Below are positions 24,174-35,559 of a stretch of DNA of 64,000 bases, in pieces. Positions within the stretch are counted from its first letter, which is position 1; every line of letters begins with the position of its first letter. Source of the DNA: Eledone cirrhosa (lineage: Eukaryota); NCBI GenBank assembly GCA_964016885.1, contig CAXHJY010000343.1, positions 186,001 to 250,000 of the forward strand. The letters run 5' to 3'. A program made the position numbers and the translations under genes. The notes beneath the pieces were generated by a model. That model was given only the letters and a program-made list of their open reading frames with translations. It was not told where the DNA came from and made no database searches.

Positions 24174-25514
24174 TCAGTGATATGGCTTCTCTACTGTATG
24201 TGTACGTTTGTGTCTAGTTAAGGTACCATTTTCAGAGAATGATTTACCACAGATATCACAGTGATATGGCTTGTCTCCTATATGGGTGCGTTTGTGTCTA
24301 GTTAAGGTACTACTGTCAGAGAATGATTTACCACATATATCACAGTGATATGGCTTGTCTCCTGTATGTATACGTTTGTGTTTAGTTAAGGTACCACTTT
24401 CAGAGAATGATTTACCACAGATATCACAGTGATATGGCTTGTCTCCTGTATGCATACGTTTGTGTCTAGTTAACTTACTATTTTGAGGGAATGTTTTACC
24501 ACAGATATCACAGTGATATGGCTTCTCTCCCGTATGGGTACGTTTGTGGCTAGTTAAGGTACTACTTTGAGGGAATGTTTTACCACAGATATCACAGTGA
24601 TATGGCTTGTCTCCTGTATGCATACGTTTGTGTCTAGTTAACTTACTATTTTGAGGGAATGTTTTACCACAGATATCACAGTGATATGGCTTCTCTCCCG
24701 TATGGGTACGTTTGTGGCTAGTTAAGGTACTACTGAGAGAGAATGATTTACCACAGATATTACAGTGATGTTGCTTTTCTCCAGTATGTATATGTTTGTG
24801 GTTAATTAAGGAACTACTTTGAGAGAATGATTTACCACAGATATCACAGTGATATGGCTTGTCTCCTGTATGTATACGTTTGTGGCTAGTTAAGGTGCTA
24901 CTTCCAGAGAATGATATACCACAGATATCACAGTGATATGGCCTCTCTCTTGTATGTATACGTTGGTGCTTAATTAAGTTATTACTTCGAGAGAATGATT
25001 TACCACAGATTTCACAGTGGTATGGCTTGTCTCCTGTATGGGTACGTTTGTGGCTAGTTAAGGTATTACTTTGAGAGAATGATTTACCACAGATATCACA
25101 GTGATATGGCTTGTCTCCTGTATGTATACGTTTGTGGTTAGTTAAGGTACAACTGACAGAGAATGATTTACCACAGATATCACAGTGGTATGGCTTGTCT
25201 CCTGTATGGGTACATTTGTGGCTAGTTAAGGCATTACTTTGAGAGAATGATTTACCACAGATATCACATTGATATGGCTTGTCTCCTGTATGTGTTCGTT
25301 TGTGGTTAGTTAAGTGACTACTATAAGAGAATGATTTACCACAGATATCACAGTGATGGCTATCTCCTCTACGTATACGTTTGTGTCTAGTCAAGGCACT
25401 ACTATCAGAGAATGGTTTACCACAGATATCAGAGTGATATGGCTTCTCACCAGGAATACTAAACACTTTAGATTGTGTTTCACATTTAATCTTCTCACTC
25501 AATTTATTTGGCAT
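24174..25514 (-). CDS. Multi-C2H2 zinc-finger protein, copy B (14 intact fingers plus 1 degenerate); most intact paralog
   Basis: 446-aa ORF with native N-terminus MPNKLSEKIKCETQSKVFS. The last finger is lost through a 2-nt deletion at ~24175. Candidate splice acceptor at 25862. Confidence 0.9.
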   Translation of the reverse strand: MPNKLSEKIKCETQSKVFSIPGEKPYHSDICGKPFSDSSALTRHKRIRRGDSHHCDICGKSFSYSSHLTNHKRTHTGDKPYQCDICGKSFSQSNALTSHKCTHTGDKPYHCDICGKSFSVSCTLTNHKRIHTGDKPYHCDICGKSFSQSNTLTSHKRTHTGDKPYHCEICGKSFSRSNNLIKHQRIHTRERPYHCDICGISFSGSSTLTSHKRIHTGDKPYHCDICGKSFSQSSSLINHKHIHTGEKQHHCNICGKSFSLSSTLTSHKRTHTGEKPYHCDICGKTFPQNSKLTRHKRMHTGDKPYHCDICGKTFPQSSTLTSHKRTHTGEKPYHCDICGKTFPQNSKLTRHKRMHTGDKPYHCDICGKSFSESGTLTKHKRIHTGDKPYHCDICGKSFSDSSTLTRHKRTHIGDKPYHCDICGKSFSENGTLTRHKRTHTVEKPYH

Positions 25515-26289
25515 AATGATATTTTCTTCAACAGAATATACAATTGATTTACTTGTAATATTTCTTATATTATATTGCTAAAAAATATATCTACTATATT
25601 CCCTCAACTGTGATTTCAGTTAATATCTGAAGATAATACAAACTTATGTTTCACCCAAGTTTAGTTAAAATACAAAACCATCTCATAGTGAAGAAAATAA
25701 ACTCAGTTCTGAGGAAATATTTCACAATAATTGACCTATAGAATTATATAAACAGTGTTATAAAAGTTCTGTTTAAAATGTTTTAGTCTTCAAATGATGA
25801 TAAATATAGGTGGTGTATCCAAGATTGAAAATAATAATTGATCCCAATGTCATCTGGTATTCTGAAATGAAAAAGAAACAGTATGAGATAATACAGAATA
25901 CTTTAGAAGCAGAGATAGATTTAACAGTGGAAATTTTATATTTCTATATTGATAAACTATAGATGTCAACTTTCCTGTCCAGAGCAATTCTCTCCAATGT
26001 AAGCAGTGGTATTCAAGCAAGCTCTGTAAATTATATCCTTCTATCTCTAGAGAGGTCTGCTCTATGGCAGTTTAGTGAAAAATTCATTCTGATGGGACTT
26101 TCTAACGTAGCTATCATCTCCTCTCCTGGTGACATGTCAACACAGGTTTAACATATACATATATAAATATATATACACACACACACATATACATATATAT
26201 ATACATATACACATATATATATACATATATATATACATATACACATATATACATATATATACATATATATATATATATGTATTTATTTA

Positions 26290-28985
26290 TATGCAACTTT
26301 TACAAACAACCGCAATGACAGAGGACGGAGACATCATTATGCTAGCAGGGGACTTCAATGGTCATGTTGGATAGCTCCAGGATGGTTACATTGTGGTACA
26401 TGGTGGGCACGGTTACGGTTCAAGAAATGAAGAAGGAGTGAGACTTCTTGAATTTTGTGACGCAAGTACACTGACTGTTTGCAACACTAACTTCCAGAAA
26501 TCTGCCAACCACCTAATAACCTACAAATCGGGCGAGCAAATAAGCCAGATTGATTTCTTACTAGTTAGGCAGCGGGACAGGCAGATGGTGTCAAATACCA
26601 AGGCATACCCTGAGGAAGAATATACCCCACAGCATAGGTTAGTCGTTAGTGATATCTCAGTAAGCAAGACATGGAATGAGACATACAGGAAGGTGTGTAA
26701 AAGAAAGGTCTGGAAGCTAAAAGACCTTTCACTATAAAACAAATTTAAGAAAGCCCTTCAAGATGTGTATGACGAAAAAGAAGACAATTTAGAGACGTAT
26801 GACATAGATAATAACTGGAATTTCTTATGTGACAACTGCAGGCTACTGATGAAACTTGTGGCTGGAGCAGAGCTCCAACCAGACAGAGAGTGACGTGGTG
26901 GTGGAACAGCACAGTAGATAAGGCCATCAGAGACAAAAGACTAGCATGGAAGGCTTGGAAAAAGGGTGGGAGTAGGGAAGAATACACAACCGCTAAGAGA
27001 GAAGCTAGACATCAGGTGTACTTAGCACGCAGGGAGGCTGAGAGTAGGAGGTTTGCCAATGTTCTGTGACAGGAAGATCAGAGGCGTGCAGTGTTCCACA
27101 TTGCAAGGCAGTGTGTCAATGCAAATCAGGATGTTGCTGGAGTTAAATGTGTCCGGAATGATGCCAATGATCAGAAAAAAGGAGTCCTGGAAATGTCATT
27201 ATGAGAAACTGATGAATGTGGAGAACGAATGGGAGAGAGAGAAATTACCCTCAATAGGTCCAACAGAGGGACCAGCTATTGAGATTGACGAATATAGGGT
27301 CCAAGAGGGGATTAAGGAAATGAAAAATGGTAAGGCTGCTGGACCATCGGTGATAGTTGCTGAGATGCTGAAGGCATCAGGGGATGTAGGCACTAAACTG
27401 GTTGCACGCATCATCAATCAGGCTATATATGGTGGTGTCATACCCAAAGACTGGTGCAGCAGTATTCTCATAAATTGCTACAAAGGTAAAGGGGATGCTC
27501 TGGAGAGGAGCAATTATAGGGGTATAAAACTGATGGATCAGGTTATGAAAGTGACAGAAAGGATATCAGCACAACTAATTAGATAAAGGGTCAAACTAGA
27601 TGAGATGCAGTTTGGTTTTGTGCCTGGGAAGAGTACAACAGATGCCCTCTACTTGGTGAGACAATTGCAAGAGAGGTTCTTAGAGAAGAATAAGCCACTA
27701 TACTTAGCCTTTGTTGCCTTAAAGAAAGCCATTGATAGGGTACCCCAATCTGTCATCTGGTGGTCCCTAAGGAAACTAGGTGTTGAGTAATGGCTTGTGA
27801 GGACAGTGCAAACTTTGTACAGAGGTGCTGTCAGTAAAGTAATGGTAGGAATGGAGTTTAGTGAGGAATTCCAGATCCAAGTTGGTGTACATCAAGGTTC
27901 GGTCCACAGCCCGCTCTGGTTCATTATAATCCTCCAAGCCATAACAGAGGGGATTAAGACTGGCTGTCCATGGGAACTTCTCTATGCTGACGATCTGGTT
28001 CTTATAGCAGAATCAGTAGAGGAGCTAGAGAATAAATTCTGGCTATGGAAACAGCAGTTGGAAGCAAGAAGACAGAGTGAACCTAGCTAAGACAAAAGTG
28101 TTGACGAGTAGAAAAGAGGACAAAACACTGATTCCGTCAGGGAAATGGCCATGTTCGATATGCAGAAAAGGAACTGGCATAAATTCTATAAAATGCACAC
28201 AATGCAGATCCTGGGTACACAAGAGATGTAGCGGGATAGCAGGCAAACTAACAGGTAGGGAGAAATATGTATGCAGTAGATGTACAGGGAAATTAGACAG
28301 TAGAAGTCGCACTGATAGACACATTTTTCAAATGCAGGCGGCCGCTATAGAAGTGGTGAATACCTTCCGGTACCTAGGAGATCAGATTAGCATGGGAAGA
28401 GGGTGTTCCAAGGCCATAGTATCTAGAATAAGGACGGGTTGGAAGAAGTTTAGGGAGCTGCTTCCTCTGCTGATGAAGAAGGGTTTCTCCCTGCGTACGA
28501 AATGCCGGTTATATGATGCCTGTGTGAGGAGCGCGATGCTGCATGGTAGTGAGACATGAGCAGCAACTGCAGAGGATATGCGACAGCTGGAGAGAAATGA
28601 GGCAAGCATGCTCCGTTGGATGTGCAGTGTAAATGTGCGTGAACGACCCAGGATGGATGTGTTGAGAGAGAAACTGTGTCTGAGAGGGATAGAATGTAGT
28701 GTACGGGAGAGGGGACTGAGGTGGTATGGACATGTGATGCGCATGGAGGATGACCGATGGGTGAAGAAGTGCCAGGAAATGCCAGTTGAAGGAAGACATG
28801 GTAGAGATAGACCACAAAAAACATGGGCGGAGGTGGTGAGAACAGACCTCAGATTGCTCAAGCTCACGGTGGAGATGATGGAGGACTGTGACAAGTGGAG
28901 AGATGATGTGCTGAATAAGACCCATCCCACCCTTGCAAGCAGCGAAGAGCAGACATAAAATGATGATGATGATGATGATGATGAT
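26290..28985 (+). mobile_element. Decayed, 5'-truncated PHD-RTE LINE (divergent subfamily)
   Basis: ORF fragments cover endonuclease (GDFNGHVG), RT (YADD) and PHD (CSIC..CTQC..HKRC..CSRC). Multiple stops; (GAT)n tail at 28960-28985. Confidence 0.9.
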
Positions 28986-28992
28986 ATACATA

Positions 28993-29292
28993 TGGAGACA
29001 CATGGCTTAGTGGTTAGAGCATTGGCCTTGCAATCGAAAGGTTGTGAGTTCAATTCTCAGACCGGGTGATGTGTTGTTTCCTTGAGCAAGACACTTTATT
29101 TTCACATTGCTCCAGTTTACTCAGCTGTAGAAATGAGATGATAGGGACTGGGGTCCCTATCATTCCACTGCAAAGTGGTCGTGTAGGTGCCACGGGAAAA
29201 AGCACCCACCACCCAGCTGTAGGAATGAAGCCAGAATCAGTTCCCGTCCCACCCCTGCAAGCAGGGAAAAGCGGACATATATTGATGATGAT
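28993..29292 (+). mobile_element. tRNA-derived SINE with RTE-like 3' tail; same family on the minus strand at 45320-45641
   Basis: TGGCTTAGTGG A-box, GAGTTCAATT B-box, CCTTGAGCAAGACACTT core. The 3' part resembles the RTE 3' UTR and ends in GATGATGATG. Confidence 0.8.
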
Positions 29293-29440
29293 GAAATACA
29301 TATATATATACACACATATATATATACGATATATATATATATATATGTGTACAATTATATATATATATATACACAAATACATATATATATATGTATGTAC
29401 ATATATACATATATATATATACACATTATATATATATATA

Positions 29441-31964
29441 TCTATATATATAAAAGGAAGATGGACATTGTTTAGTGTACCAAACTTGCCAGCTACACCG
29501 TTCATCCAATCTTCATGAAACCTCACACATATATAAAACTCAACTCCTAGAGTGGAATAAGGCTACTTGAAATTTTCGAAAAATCGATAATCGGGCCCTA
29601 TGACAGAATGTTTTTCGATTCCAATGAAATTTTATGTGAATTCGAACACAAGAACTCTTAGTTTACATCTGGCGCAATAAAAATAAATTTCATATGCCCA
29701 TATAAGGACGTGCGTTATTGATTGGACGGCCAGCTGCATGTCTTCCCAGCTGTCTCAGTAAACGGCCAACCATTAAAGAGTTTCTCTTTTCATATTCCAC
29801 CTTATTCAAGTGGAAATACAGTATTATCCCTATCTGAAAAGGGAACCAAATTTAATGGTGTCTTTTGTGAACCTAAAAGCTGTGACTAAATCTTCAAACA
29901 GTCTTAAATAATTATGCTTTTTGAAAAAAAAATTACTAAATAATACGTTGGCCAAGTTGTGTTGTACACATACAATACAAGTAAAAACATTTACGTCGTA
30001 CCAATGTTTTCCTTTTTTAAACAAAAGATTCTAAAAAATTACTTAATTTATAATACAGTCTTTTGCACAGGAAGTGAGTAACTTTTCGGGTGTTTAAACG
30101 TAAGTTCACCAGGGTTTGTGTCTTCATTATTAGCCCACCTCTAATGGCATTTTTTGTTCTGCTTACGACTAAATGTTACGAGTGTATTTGCAATTAATTG
30201 CGCACACGTGCACACCTGCATGCAGATAGACACTGACAGCCAATAAAAAAATCGATAACTTGCTTATTAAGATATCGGTCAAAAAGAGAGATTGAATGTA
30301 CTTTAGAACATTTTTTGAATATATTGTTCTTTTTGGCATGATATGTCAGAAATATAGCTACTATACACTTTGGTTATTTTTTGTAACTAAAAAACGGTTC
30401 CTTTTGGGTGGATGGATACTTAACGAGAAAAATCCTAGGGTTTTGGACAAGTTTGTTTCAGGCGCTGTATAGACGCCTATTTTGTCACACCTTGGTCATG
30501 AATTCGTATTCTTTTCCAATAGATATTTTCCGCTCTAAAAGGCTCACCAGGATATAAGGCATATCATTTAAAATCAGGTCCGCGCAACGGCATGTAAGGC
30601 CAACCAGAAAATGCTATCTTCTTTACTTTTAGTCTAGATCTATTACTTCTGTTAGAGCCGTGATTGATTACCATTGTATTATTTATACATAAGGCTCACC
30701 GGAGTATAAAGCGCAGAGCTGTTTTTTGATTAAATTTAATTATTTTAAGTGCAATTTATAGACGGGAAAATTCGGTAAGTTATTGTAATCATATTTCCAA
30801 ACCTTCCCATTCACCAGTAACGATGCTAACGAATCTGGTGTCATCTCTCTCTGTATTTAATCACCTCTCTCTAACCTAACAGCTTCGTTACACGTCGTTA
30901 TGCCCACACGGAAACGTTCAACACTTACCTCCAAAAAAGGTACAGCTACTGCTTTGAGACAACGAATTAGGCGTTCTCAGGTATGAGTTCATTCACAATT
31001 GATTAATCCTTTATGCAATATTCTCCCTTAATGTTAGCAAGTACTGTGTTTATCCTAACTCTCACCACTTTTAAGCAACTACAACATTCTAATCGTAGTT
31101 ATATTAAATTTATTGTCTTACCTTGATTCCCTTTTGTTCATGTTAGACTTTTCTCATTTACTATTGACACTGCCATTGGCTTAGCTAACCAGTAGAATTA
31201 ATTAATTTTCTCTAGGAAACACCTGCTGAGTGCGAATCTCGACTCGATGATAGATGTCTTTCCCGGCTGGTTGAGTCACCAACATCACGTACGACAAGGC
31301 TTGCTGATGTTCGCCTTCGTCGCCAACAAGCGCTGACGGATGAATCACCAACATCCCGTCAGACGAGGCTTGAGGCTGTGGCAAAGGGCAATAACCCTAG
31401 ATACAATTTTGATCAACTTTTTTTCACCTATAGCAAATTTACTGGGACAGGTTTTTAGCTACTCAAATCTACTTCAGAGATCACGCATTGATGTAAAAAA
31501 TCAATAAAACTGAAGCGGGGCTCGACTTTGCGCAAAAAAACAAGGCAAAGTTACACATGGGAAAACTTTTTACAGGAACGTCCTATATTCTTGAAAACTG
31601 TCACAAAAGACTCGCCATTATGCCGCGGTTAAGATAAAGGCCCTTTTAATTCTTCTTCTGCACATGTGAGCGCAAAAATTGTAAAAAAAAAAAAAGCCTG
31701 AAAGTAATCGACATTTTCACCCTACTTTAAATTAACCGACCATTCAATAGCAAGCGATTTTGACTTCCGTCAGTCGTGCAGAGAACAATTTCAACGATAC
31801 ACTGTGTAACTACAATTAATAAATTACACACCTGTGTCTACTCACCTATTTTTTTCGATTGAAGTTCGAAGTTTTGAACCTGTGATGCGCGGGAAGTAAC
31901 TTTCACACATTCTAACAGACCAAAGGTCGACTTACACCCGGGCAACGCCGGGTACTTCTGCTAG
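29441..31964 (+). mobile_element. Non-autonomous Helitron
   Basis: Starts A|TCTATATATATAAAA and ends ACCCGGGCAACGCCGGGT hairpin then ACTTCTGCTAG|T. Sits within a TA microsatellite. Confidence 0.85.
30900..31458 (+). CDS. Predicted spliced 107-aa STPR-repeat peptide (exons 30900-30980 and 31216-31458), resembling a Helitron RepHel N-terminus
   Basis: MPTRKRSTLTSKKGTATALRQRIRRSQ|GTATGA...TTTTCTCTAG|ETPAECESRL..ESPTSRTTRL..ESPTSRQTRL. Phase-0 intron; the last two repeats are 23 aa apart. Confidence 0.55.
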
Positions 31965-31979
31965 TATATATATATATAT

Positions 31980-34420
31980 GTAGGAGGTGAGTTTTATTGT
32001 AGTACAATAAAGCAATGCAGATGTCGGATAAGAAGCACTCTACAGTTTGTAGGATTGGAGTATACATAATATATAAGATCAAAAGATGGTTAAAAGAGTT
32101 CCATGTATTTTATTATGCGCATTTCAAAAACAAATATCATCATGCAATAACATTTGTGTTTTCATCAGATAAAATAGGAAGACATGATATGAAGGTTAAA
32201 AAACACTTGTGGATAGTGCAGTTTTAAATCAACATATGAAAAGTAGTTTTAGATTGATGTGTGATATTGGGGAAAAAAAATCTTTTTTTTGGGGGGGGGG
32301 GGAAAGGATGAAAAAGAGGAGGAGATGAGAGTAAAAAGTGGAGGGGGAGGAGTATAATGAGGAAGGATGAGAGATGGGTAATAGAGAGAGAGAGATAGCT
32401 TTTATAACTGAGAAAAATATATTGTTTTACATAGAGAGGTTGAAAAACCGTTGGAAGATAATGTATAAATTAAAAGAATTTGAAAATTAACGAAGAGAAA
32501 AATAATGTAAAGTTAAGGTTTGTATATTGAAGGGTTTAATAATATGTGCGATGAAAAGAAATTGTTAATATGTATTGAGAATAATATTTAAGGGTTTAAT
32601 AATATGTGCGATGGAAAGAAAATGTTGATATGTATTATTAAAAAAACAAAAGTAATGTAAGTAAGGATATATTGTGAGATGAGCATGAATAAGTTAGATG
32701 AAAGTGAGAAAAAAATAATGAATAGAGGATGAATAATCTAACGTCAAAAAAAATGTTTATGTTTACGAAGGATTTTTTCAAGGTGATATAAAGTAAGAAT
32801 ATATTGTATTGTGTAATAATTGTTTCTATGTTAGGCTCAGTGAGAAAAGGTACAGATTAGGGGTTAGAAATTAAAAGAAAAAGAAAAGAAAAGGAAAAGG
32901 AAGAAAGGTAAGTGATAAATAGGAGTGATATAGAATGAGTAACAAGTATTATATAATGTATAATAAATAACTTTGAAATAAGGTAGAAAGATGGGTATAT
33001 TTTTAAAGAAGTATATATATATATATATGTGCCTTTAAGAAAAGGATTCTGAATTGATAAAGTTTAGGATATTAGCTGTATAATTTATGGAAAGTTCTGT
33101 GGAATTTATGCAAGCAGATAGAAAACAAGTCAGTGGGTCTATTTATTATAGAATCTAAATTAGATATAATGGTACATTTTTCATTTAGACAGAGATTGCA
33201 AGTCTTGGATAGAGAACTGTTCAAGTTTGAAGAAGCAGAAGAAACCTTTTTCCAAGAGATGTTATATTTAATATTTTTGTCTTTCAAGGACCATATGAGT
33301 TCTGAGAGAGCCGGGTTGGTTCTTTTAAGTTGGTATTTAAAAGACGAATGATGATTATAAAGACGAGCTTTAAAGGAGGTGGAAGTGGAGCCAAAATAGG
33401 TGAAGGAATTGGTGTCAGTTATAACTTTACATTCATAGATTAAGTTTTTATCAAGACAATGGTTGTTGAGAGGACATTTATTTTTAGCAGGGCAATTGCA
33501 ATTGCGATTAGAGAGATTATTAACGAGTGACCTAGTGTTATCTATAGAAGGAATTGGATTGGAGAAGTTATTTGCGATAGGAATAATAGTTTCTTGATTT
33601 AGAATGGGATTAAGAACATTTAGCGAAGTTGTGTTTGACGTTGTATTTGGGTTTGCAGAAATTAGCCTAGAGTTTACAATGATGTCGGGAGTACTATTAC
33701 TATTATTATGATATTCAGTGTTGGAAGGAAGAGATTTAGTATTTAGTATTTTATTGTTGTGTTTAGAGATGATGTTGGAAATATTGGAGGATGTCGAATA
33801 GGAAAATTTTATAGTGTGTTTGTTAAATATTTTACTATAGATATGTGAGGGAGGGAAGCATTTATTTAAGGCACTAAAGAATAATTTAGGAATATTATTA
33901 TTAATAGAGATGGAGAAAGGAGCATTATACCAGATTATGTTTTTGTATCTAGGTCTTTTATTAAAGTTATTGGAATGATCATGATTAATTATTCTACTGT
34001 AAGATCTTCTAGAATTTGTTTCTTTATTATATTTGATTTTATCAGGATAGCCGGCTTTAGAAAGCGCGTTATTATAGTAATTGGCGTTAGCATCAAAGAT
34101 GTTTTTATTAGAGATAGGTTAGATATTCTTTTTCCAATATTACTAACTATAGCATTCTTAATATTAGTGGGGTGGTTAGATTTAAAATTAACATAATTTA
34201 GGTTCTCATTGTTTTTATGGTAAGGGTAATATAGGCCAGTGTCAAGATTAAGAGATACATCCAAGAAATTAGCTAGTTTGATGCTGTTATCAACTTCAAT
34301 TTTTAGGTTATGTTGGTTAAAGAGATTACGTATATTGTTGTTAATAATATTAAGGTTAACTATGTTGCAATTTAAGATAGTAAAGAGTCCATCGTCACGA
34401 TAAATTCCACCGCGAAGTTG
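31980..34420 (-). mobile_element. 5'-truncated Penelope-like retroelement (RT plus GIY-YIG) with 3' terminal region
   Basis: Minus strand gives GIYRDDGL, FLDVSLNL, SNHP, IIWYNAPFS, CNCP..CPL...C, LIYECKV..YFGST and CNLCLNEK. Frameshifted. The left boundary is approximate. Confidence 0.85.
32106..32176 (-). ncRNA. Type I hammerhead ribozyme (Penelope-type, minimal palindromic stem III)
   Basis: TATTTTAT-CTGATGA-[AAACACAAATGTTAT tgcatg ATGATATTTGTTTTT]-GAAA-TGCGCA-TA-ATAAAATA. Intact core, 8-bp stem I, long stem II. Confidence 0.85.
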
Positions 34421-34909
34421 AGGAATTTTCCGACTCAAAGAGTACTTTACAATGTAGACTGGGTGCTTTTTGTTCTGAAACCTACACAACCCCTTTACAA
34501 TGTAGACTGGGTACTTTTTGCTATATTAAATATATCGACCCAGAAAGAAATGTGGGGTGTGTGGAAAATCGGTAAAACTTCACCAGAGATAAAAATCCAG
34601 AATTAATGTGACCCCAACCCATCTTATTTATTTTATAACATATGGCATTTCTAGTAATGCACTTTTAATGCCATGTAAAATGTTTTTTAATGTCTAAAGA
34701 AAATTGTCGCAGGAATGCGACCACTTTGAATAATATTTCACCAGAGATAAGAAAAATTTAATAAACAGAGGGTAGGGTGAATCAAGAGTGGGGTGGAAAA
34801 TAAATAAGCGAGGGTGGGGGAGAATTATTTGAGTGGAAAGCGAGGGTGGGGTACAATTATTTGAGACCAAAGTGAGGATGGGGGTCGATTATTTGAGTTA
34901 CATACACAT

Positions 34910-35158
34910 ATTCTAGTATGTAGAAAGGAAAATAGGGCACAGGTGCCCTCTGGGAAATGGCCACGTTCAGTGTGTAGCAAAGGAGTAGGTAGAAATTCCA
35001 TTTTATGTCCTAAATGCAAACTATAGGTACATAAAAAATGTAGTGGGATTAGAGGTAAGCTATCTAAGAATGTAGATTTTGTATGTGGCGATGCTCAGGT
35101 GCAATAAGTAGCAAGTGGACACAGGACACCAGCTCCTTCTATTGCCTAGATGGTTCTA
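34910..35158 (+). mobile_element. Isolated RTE fragment covering essentially only the PHD module
   Basis: Translates to QVPSGKWPRSVCSKGVGRNSILCPKCKL*VHKKCSGIRGKLSKNVDFVC. Confidence 0.75.
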
Positions 35159-35559
35159 TAATGTTACTCGATATTCAATGTAGCAACAAGTGAATATTGT
35201 TATTGTAAAATAAACATTGTCAACATCACAATTCTGGCATTATTCTTTTTATCATTCATCCACTAGAGTTGATTCATTCACTAGAGTTGATTCCAATTTT
35301 TCCAGCCATCCATCCATCGTCACTAATCTCCGAAGGTATTTTAGCCTACATATTGTTGTTAATATTAATGATGTCCCCTGCTGTATTAGCGATAAATTTT
35401 CGAGGGTTTTTCTTAGTAGTTTTCATGACGTTATTATTGTTAATTCTACTGGTGTATTAACTTGGATATTTACCATGCGGTATTCTAATTCTATTGTATC
35501 TCTCTCAGTTATTTACCATGCGACCCTCAGCTCCTACATCACAAGCTCCCTCCCCCCCA

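Noticed and set aside
29000-29065. tRNA gene
   Set aside because: A and B boxes are followed by a SINE core and tail; no complete cloverleaf.
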